Origin: Candidatus Eiseniibacteriota bacterium
GTDB taxonomy: Bacteria; Eisenbacteria; RBG-16-71-46; SZUA-252
Assembly (NCBI GenBank): GCA_031370645.1
Contig: JANMQV010000109.1
Location: forward strand, 1 to 14,600
Direction: 5' to 3'
Length of the DNA stretch: 14,600 nucleotides
Positions 1 through 4,626 of this stretch are shown here, in pieces (the first letter of the stretch is position 1; each line of letters opens with the position of its first letter). The position numbers and the translations under genes were made by a program. The notes beneath the pieces are model-generated. The model made no database searches. It was not told where the DNA came from and saw only the letters and a list, made by a program, of their open reading frames with translations.

Positions 1-206
1 CGTAACGCCGGGGCGAGGTTCGTCGTCGCCGCATCGTCAAAGAGTCCATCGTTCGTGAACTCGGGAGCCGCGGTGAGGCTGCCGGTGATGGCCGCTTCCT
101 CGCCGGTCGAGTGTGCCTGGGGGTTCACACCGTTGTTCGAACAGCCCGCCAGAACCGCCGCGGCTGCGAAGGTCAGGAGACACGATATATTCCGAATGGA
201 TTTCAT
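1..206 (-). CDS. Putative lipoprotein, N-terminal part (runs off the left edge of the window)
   Basis: Not in the ORF track because it is truncated. Manual translation from ATG at 206: MKSIRNISCLLTFAAAAVLAGCSNNGVNPQAHSTGEEAAITGSLTAAPEFTNDGLFDDAATTNLAPAL... Basic N-terminus, hydrophobic stretch and LAGC lipobox; purine-rich AGAGGG RBS upstream; no stop before the window edge. Confidence 0.85.
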   Translation of the reverse strand, partial: MKSIRNISCLLTFAAAAVLAGCSNNGVNPQAHSTGEEAAITGSLTAAPEFTNDGLFDDAATTNLAPAL

Positions 207-294
207 AAGTCCCTCTCTAGCAAGATGTTGCCGCACCGGTGGGCCGGCCCGCTTGTGCCATCCTGTGCCTGGCGCCGCTAACCATCAGAAGCAT

Positions 295-311
295 TGCAGA
301 GGCCGTGCCAG
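295..311 (-). promoter_or_regulatory. Putative sigma54 (-24/-12) promoter for the lipoprotein gene
   Basis: Minus strand reads CTGGCACGGCCTCTGCA versus consensus YTGGCACGRNNNTTGCW; exact GG-N10-GC spacing, one mismatch; intergenic and oriented toward ATG 206. Confidence 0.65.
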
Positions 312-373
312 CCTGGTGTACGATGGGGCTCCCCCCCGCACAACCGCTGCAGCCGTTCGATCGAAAGGACCCC

Positions 374-1339
374 GTGACCAGTTCCATTCGAGGCGTTATT
401 CGTCCGTTTCCTTTGCTGATTGCCGCACTCGCCGTTGCCGTTTCGCTCGTGTGCCTCCCTCGCGCCTTCGCCTCGAAACCGACTCCATCGAAGGTCACGT
501 CCAAGGTCACCTTCGAGGAGGCGAGCAAGCATTACCTCGCGAAGGAATGGGAGGCGTCCGCCGCCGCATTCGCCGAGATCGTGAAGGCGGAGCCGAGGAA
601 TGGCCGAGCCTGGTATCGCCTTGGCGTTTCGTACCAAAACTTGAAGGAGTACGACAAGGCGATCCCCGCCTATCGCACCGCCGAATCGATCGGGCACAAC
701 CCCGTCGTGATGTATAACCTTGCCTGCGCCTTTGCGCTCACGGGGGCCGCCGACAGTTCCTTCGCCTGGCTCGGGCGGGCCGCCGACGCCGGCTATAGCC
801 AGCCCGACGCGCTCACCTCGGACGAAGATCTCGCATCGATCCGCGGCGACGCCCGTTTTGTTGCGTTGGTCGATCGGCTGCAGCGCACCGCCACGCCCTG
901 CGCCTTCGCGCCCGAAGCGAGGCAATTCGACTTCTGGGTCGGAGCGTGGGATGTGCGGACGGCCACCGGCGATCTCGCCGGCACGAACGAGATCAAGACA
1001 GGCGCCGGAAAGTGCGTCTTGGTCGAGAACTGGAAGGACACGCAGGGAGGTTCCGGGCAGAGCCTCAACTTCTATGACTTCGATACGAAACGCTGGAATC
1101 AGATCTGGGTCGACGCGAATACGCAGGTGACGCGCTTCGAGGGTGCGTTCACCGACGGGGCGATGCGGCTTCAAGGAGAGCGGGTCATGAAGTCGGGCCA
1201 GAAGGTCCCCGTGAAGATGACGCTCACGCCGCTCCCGGACGGCCGCGTCCGTCAGATGGGCGAGTCGACCGCCGACGGCGGCAAGACTTGGAACGTCGAC
1301 TACGATCTCTACTACTCGCCGGCGCGTCGCGACGGCTGA
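374..1339 (+). CDS. Secreted tetratricopeptide-repeat protein with C-terminal DUF1579-like beta domain
   Basis: GTG at 374 follows AAAGGA RBS (364-369), in frame with ORF 239..1339. Signal peptide ending ..LPRAFA; TPR motifs (AWYRLGVSYQNLKEYDKAIPAYRTA; YNLACAFALTG...AFAWL..A...GY......D.DL.SIR.D.RF); C-terminal domain starting PC...PEARQFDFWVGAW and containing W.Q.WVD. Confidence 0.8.
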   Translation: MTSSIRGVIRPFPLLIAALAVAVSLVCLPRAFASKPTPSKVTSKVTFEEASKHYLAKEWEASAAAFAEIVKAEPRNGRAWYRLGVSYQNLKEYDKAIPAYRTAESIGHNPVVMYNLACAFALTGAADSSFAWLGRAADAGYSQPDALTSDEDLASIRGDARFVALVDRLQRTATPCAFAPEARQFDFWVGAWDVRTATGDLAGTNEIKTGAGKCVLVENWKDTQGGSGQSLNFYDFDTKRWNQIWVDANTQVTRFEGAFTDGAMRLQGERVMKSGQKVPVKMTLTPLPDGRVRQMGESTADGGKTWNVDYDLYYSPARRDG

Positions 1340-1355
1340 GTTGAAGGCGAGCTGG

Positions 1356-1388
1356 GGCGGGCCGCGGAATCGATCTCCGCGGCCCGCC
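1356..1388. terminator. GC-rich hairpin between convergent genes (possible bidirectional terminator or transcript end)
   Basis: Perfect 13-bp inverted repeat GGCGGGCCGCGGA-N7-TCCGCGGCCCGCC between the stops at 1339 (+) and 1402 (-); no U-tract on either side. Confidence 0.55.
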
Positions 1389-1401
1389 GCGAAGCCGCCC
1401 G

Positions 1402-1884
1402 CTACTGAATCGCGCCCTTCTTCCCCGCCATCCGCCGCAGAATCGCGATCTGCCCCGCGTGATACGCCTCGTGGAAGTGAAGGAAGTGAACCGCTTCCCT
1501 GGCCGTGCCGAAATTGGGGACCGTCTCGCTCCACTTCGCTTCGTCCGCCTTCGCGATGCCGTGCAGAAGCCGCTCCTGGGAGGTCGTGAGCGTTTCCATC
1601 AGTTTCGAGAATGGCATGCCGTCCCCCTTCGCCGCGCTCGCTTTCGTGACCGGAGCGCTTCCTCGCTTGTAGCGTTCGGCCATTTCGGGAGAGAGAACCG
1701 TCGGCTCACCGAGCAGACGAAGCATTCCCTCCCGCGACGCGAGGATGTGTCCGATGATCCAATTCATGCAGTTGCCGCCCGGCTCGGGCTGGATGAGCGC
1801 CTCCGTGTCGGTGATCCCCTCGGCGTTGGCACGAATCGCGTGAAGATTGATCTCGAACAGTTTCGTCAGAGTCGGGCCGCTCAT
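1402..1884 (-). CDS. DinB/YfiT-superfamily four-helix-bundle protein (putative metal-dependent thiol transferase or hydrolase), 160 aa
   Basis: ATG at 1884 preceded by GAAGGAG RBS. Motifs N.MNWIIGHIL and HEAYHAGQI..LRR..GK give the His triad typical of DinB_2 proteins. The upstream extension of the track ORF to 2733 overlaps another gene and is not protein-like. Confidence 0.9.
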   Translation of the reverse strand: MSGPTLTKLFEINLHAIRANAEGITDTEALIQPEPGGNCMNWIIGHILASREGMLRLLGEPTVLSPEMAERYKRGSAPVTKASAAKGDGMPFSKLMETLTTSQERLLHGIAKADEAKWSETVPNFGTAREAVHFLHFHEAYHAGQIAILRRMAGKKGAIQ

Positions 1885-1937
1885 CCAGGTCACTCCTTCA
1901 GGTAAGAGACGGTAGTTTGACGGGTGGTGGCGCGGCG

Positions 1938-2579
1938 CTAGGCGCCGGCCGGTTCCCAGCGGAGGATGTCGTCGGAAAGGGAGAGTCGATAACCCGGGTG
2001 CGCTTTGGCTAGTTGCAGGCGAAGATTCTCCGCGGAAGGATAGGCGCCCGTTCCGAGGAATCGAACGTCGTCCACCAGCACGACATCGCCGATTCGCCCG
2101 CGCGCGGCGATGGCGTCGATCTCCTCGCCTAGCGGCGTCTCCTTCGCTCCGTGCGCCGTTCCCACTCCGGAGTAGTGGCCGTCGAGCCAGAAGAGAATCG
2201 GCGACTCGATCCGGGCAAGGAGCGCCGGCAGAAGTGCCGCGCTGTCTCCCGTGTAGACGTGAATCCACGGCCATCGCCCGAGGCGGCGCGCCGCGCGCTC
2301 TGCCAGGCCCACGTCGAGCTCGATCGTGTGAATCTCGACGAACGCCTCTCGACACTTGCGCGACATCTCGCCCTCGAATGTGCCCGTCTCGACCAGGACC
2401 TCGATTCCGTGCCTCAGCGCATGCTCCAGCACCGCGCGTGTTTTGACCACATGAGGCGGAGGAATGGTTGGAGCCCGGCGATAGGCACTCCAATCGCGCG
2501 CGTCCTTCCACGACGACTTCATGGCGCGGAGCCGCTCGCGGACTTCCTCCGGTAGGAGCGCTGCTATGGCGGAGTTCAC
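1938..2579 (-). CDS. Class I SAM-dependent methyltransferase-like protein
   Basis: Motifs LVETGTFEG (motif I-like), IHTIEL, GDS, FWLDGHYS, VLVDDVR. Start chosen at GTG 2579 because it avoids overlap with the divergent gene and lies 7 nt from a TATACT; ATG 2522 is an alternative. Confidence 0.75.
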   Translation of the reverse strand: MNSAIAALLPEEVRERLRAMKSSWKDARDWSAYRRAPTIPPPHVVKTRAVLEHALRHGIEVLVETGTFEGEMSRKCREAFVEIHTIELDVGLAERAARRLGRWPWIHVYTGDSAALLPALLARIESPILFWLDGHYSGVGTAHGAKETPLGEEIDAIAARGRIGDVVLVDDVRFLGTGAYPSAENLRLQLAKAHPGYRLSLSDDILRWEPAGA

Positions 2580-2585
2580 GCCCCA

Positions 2586-2595
2586 GAGTATACTC
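2586..2595. promoter_or_regulatory. Palindromic -10 element GAGTATACTC, candidate bidirectional promoter
   Basis: TATACT on + at 2589-2594 is 7 nt before ATG 2602; TATACT on - at 2592-2587 is 7 nt before GTG 2579. It is the only AT-rich patch locally, and neither start has a convincing SD. Confidence 0.6.
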
Positions 2596-2601
2596 AAGTG
2601 C

Positions 2602-3069
2602 ATGATGAACGGACCGCGGGTATTGCTCGGCGGCCTCGCCGCCGGCGTGCTTCTCGTCGCGACCGGTGTGGGGCTCGGGCATGGCGTGCTGGGACCCGAG
2701 TACGTTCGCGCCTTCGCTTCGCATCGCGCGCATCCGGTCAACGTGATCACCGTCCTCGAGAATACCTCGCTTCGCCTCGCATACGGCTTTCTTGCCGTCT
2801 TCCTCTACGCCGCCATCCGCCCGCGCTTCGGCGCGGGACCGCGCACGGCGGTCATCGCGGCGCTCGTGCTCTGGCTCACCGCGCTTCTTCCACGCAATCT
2901 GCTGCTCTCGGAGTTCGGGATCCTGAACGGACGGCAGCTAGCGTTGAGCCTCGCCTACAGCGCGGCCGAGGTCGTCCTCGCCACGCTTGTAGGCGCCGCG
3001 ATCTATCGGGAGCGTTCCGCGATACCCGCTTCGAGGGGGGCGACGCCACGAGAGGGCGCGTCGGGATGA
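2602..3069 (+). CDS. Hypothetical integral membrane protein (about 4 TM segments), 155 aa
   Basis: Four hydrophobic segments; begins RVLLGGLAAG and contains LYAAIRPRFGAGPRTA and a GAAIYRE end motif; the stop overlaps the next start (ATGA). Start is ATG 2602 or 2605. Confidence 0.8.
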   Translation: MMNGPRVLLGGLAAGVLLVATGVGLGHGVLGPEYVRAFASHRAHPVNVITVLENTSLRLAYGFLAVFLYAAIRPRFGAGPRTAVIAALVLWLTALLPRNLLLSEFGILNGRQLALSLAYSAAEVVLATLVGAAIYRERSAIPASRGATPREGASG

Positions 3070-3773
3070 GGCCGAGCTGGAGATCGCTGCCGATCGTCCT
3101 GCTTCTTCTGTCTGGCGCCTGCGCCTCTTCGACCGAACAGCGCGCCGCGCTCGGTGCGCCCGACTCGCTGGGGCTTGTGCTCCTCGACTGCCAACTGAAA
3201 TTCGACTTCTTCGTCGATTCACGTCAGTTCGACACGAGCCTCACGATCGGGTTCGATCGACTCCGGCAGCCGATCGCCGCTCAGAGCGCGCTCTACTCCA
3301 GCGTCGACGACCCTCAGCATCTGATCCCGGCCAAACCGAATCGGGACCTTCTCCTCCTGGGGCCGCTCCGCCCGGGGATGTACTACCTGGAGCGAGTAGG
3401 CGCGGATCGTGAATTCATCGAGTCCTCCAGGACCTATCGCTCCGAAGTCGTGCGCGATCCGGTGGCCTTCAAGCCCGGCAGCGTCGGTACGAGTCGAATC
3501 GCGTTCGTTGTGGAACCCGGAGGGGTGACCTATATCGGTCGAATGAAGGCCGCGTGCGAGCTTAGGCTTCCCGAGGAGTACGACGGCCGCCTTTCCGATA
3601 CCATGATTCGCACGGCCTGGACCGCGGACGATCGGACCTGGAAAGTCACCTGGGACCGGGACGTTCAGAACGAGCTGGTGGCGTGGGAGAGAGTGATGGT
3701 CGGACTCAAGAAGACGGCTTGGCGGGAGCCGATCGCTAGACGGCTGGAATTCCTGCGCGCGCAGACGCCCTAG
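3066..3773 (+). CDS. Hypothetical lipoprotein, 235 aa
   Basis: ATGA overlap with the upstream gene; MRPSWRSLPIVLLLLSGAC lipoprotein-type signal; LRPGMYYL and F.VEPGGVTYIG patterns suggest a beta-sandwich. Confidence 0.7.
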   Translation: MRPSWRSLPIVLLLLSGACASSTEQRAALGAPDSLGLVLLDCQLKFDFFVDSRQFDTSLTIGFDRLRQPIAAQSALYSSVDDPQHLIPAKPNRDLLLLGPLRPGMYYLERVGADREFIESSRTYRSEVVRDPVAFKPGSVGTSRIAFVVEPGGVTYIGRMKAACELRLPEEYDGRLSDTMIRTAWTADDRTWKVTWDRDVQNELVAWERVMVGLKKTAWREPIARRLEFLRAQTP

Positions 3774-3803
3774 CGAACCGTCGGGACGATCGAGCGAATG
3801 TCG

Positions 3804-3829
3804 GTCACATTGCGGTCTGAGGGTTCGTA
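3804..3829 (+). promoter_or_regulatory. Possible ECF-sigma-type promoter upstream of msrA
   Basis: GTCACA (3804-3809)-N16-CGTA (3826-3829), then 9 nt to ATG 3839 with no SD; resembles ECF-type -35/-10 architecture. Confidence 0.4.
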
Positions 3830-3838
3830 TCCCAATCC

Positions 3839-4504
3839 ATGAACCGAACCGTAGCGCGTCCCCTCATCGCAGTAGCGCTGATTCTGCTATCCATACTCAT
3901 GCGGCCATCCTCCCCGCTGGCGGCTCCGGCGACGGCTCCGTCCGCCGCAAAGCACGCCGCGACAAGACCCCTGGCCAAAGCGGTATTCGCCGCCGGCTGT
4001 TTTTGGTGTGCGGAGGCTTCGTTCGAGGGGCTTCCCGGGGTGAAGGCAGTCGTCTCGGGATACGCGGGTGGAACCGAGCAGAACCCCACGTACGAGCAGG
4101 TTGGCTCGGGGCGCACGGGACACGCCGAGTCGGTGGAGATTACCTTCGACCCGAGCGTGATGTCCTACACGAGGCTCCTCGATGTTTTTTGGCACAACAT
4201 CGATCCGACGCAAGCCAACGCGCAGTTCTGTGACCACGGGCGGCAATACCGGTCCGCGATCTTCACGGAGAACGAGTCGCAGCGACGGGCCGCCGTCGCG
4301 TCACGGAAACGCCTCGAGGCGTCGAACATTCTGAAGGCGCCCATCGTGACCGAGGTCACGCCGATCACGAAGTTCTGGCCGGCGGAGGCGTACCACCAGG
4401 ACTACTACAAGACGAACCCGATTCCCTACCAAGCCTACCGCCTCGGCTGCGGGCGGGACCGCCGCCTGCACGAGCTCTGGGGCGACGCGGCCGGGAAGCA
4501 CTAG
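3839..4504 (+). CDS. msrA: Peptide-methionine (S)-S-oxide reductase MsrA with N-terminal signal peptide
   Basis: Catalytic GCFWC motif, SGYAGG...NPTYEQV..G.TGHAE, QYRSAIF, AEAYHQDYY, C-terminal GCGRD cysteine; signal-like N-terminus followed by an Ala/Pro linker. Confidence 0.97.
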   Translation: MNRTVARPLIAVALILLSILMRPSSPLAAPATAPSAAKHAATRPLAKAVFAAGCFWCAEASFEGLPGVKAVVSGYAGGTEQNPTYEQVGSGRTGHAESVEITFDPSVMSYTRLLDVFWHNIDPTQANAQFCDHGRQYRSAIFTENESQRRAAVASRKRLEASNILKAPIVTEVTPITKFWPAEAYHQDYYKTNPIPYQAYRLGCGRDRRLHELWGDAAGKH

Positions 4505-4580
4505 TAGCGACTGCTCCACTCGGCGCCCCGGCACGAGGGGCTCCCCCAAACCTGCTACCGACGGACCACTCGTTGTCCCC

Positions 4581-4607
4581 GGCTCGGCGATCTACGCTTT
4601 CCGAGCC
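4581..4607 (+). other. Hairpin in the 5' leader of the lyase gene
   Basis: GGCTCGG-N13-CCGAGCC inverted repeat ending just upstream of the AGGAG RBS (4613-4617). Confidence 0.35.
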
Positions 4608-4626
4608 CAGACAGGAGTGTGCCGAC

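Noticed and set aside
55-1534. ORFs 55..717 (+), 217..528 (-) and 278..1534 (-)
   Set aside because: Alternative-frame or antisense shadows of the lipoprotein and TPR genes with low-complexity Arg/Pro-rich or motif-free translations.
1885-2733. Long N-terminal extension of the DinB ORF (443-aa track ORF), suggesting a fusion or frameshift with the methyltransferase
   Set aside because: The extension is Arg/Gly/Ala-rich off-frame translation of the methyltransferase gene; DinB has its own strong RBS and ATG at 1884, and no slippery site is evident.
2598-3065. N-terminal extension of the 391-aa ORF 2598..3773
   Set aside because: Off-frame overlap with the membrane protein gene; the real lipoprotein signal begins at ATG 3066.
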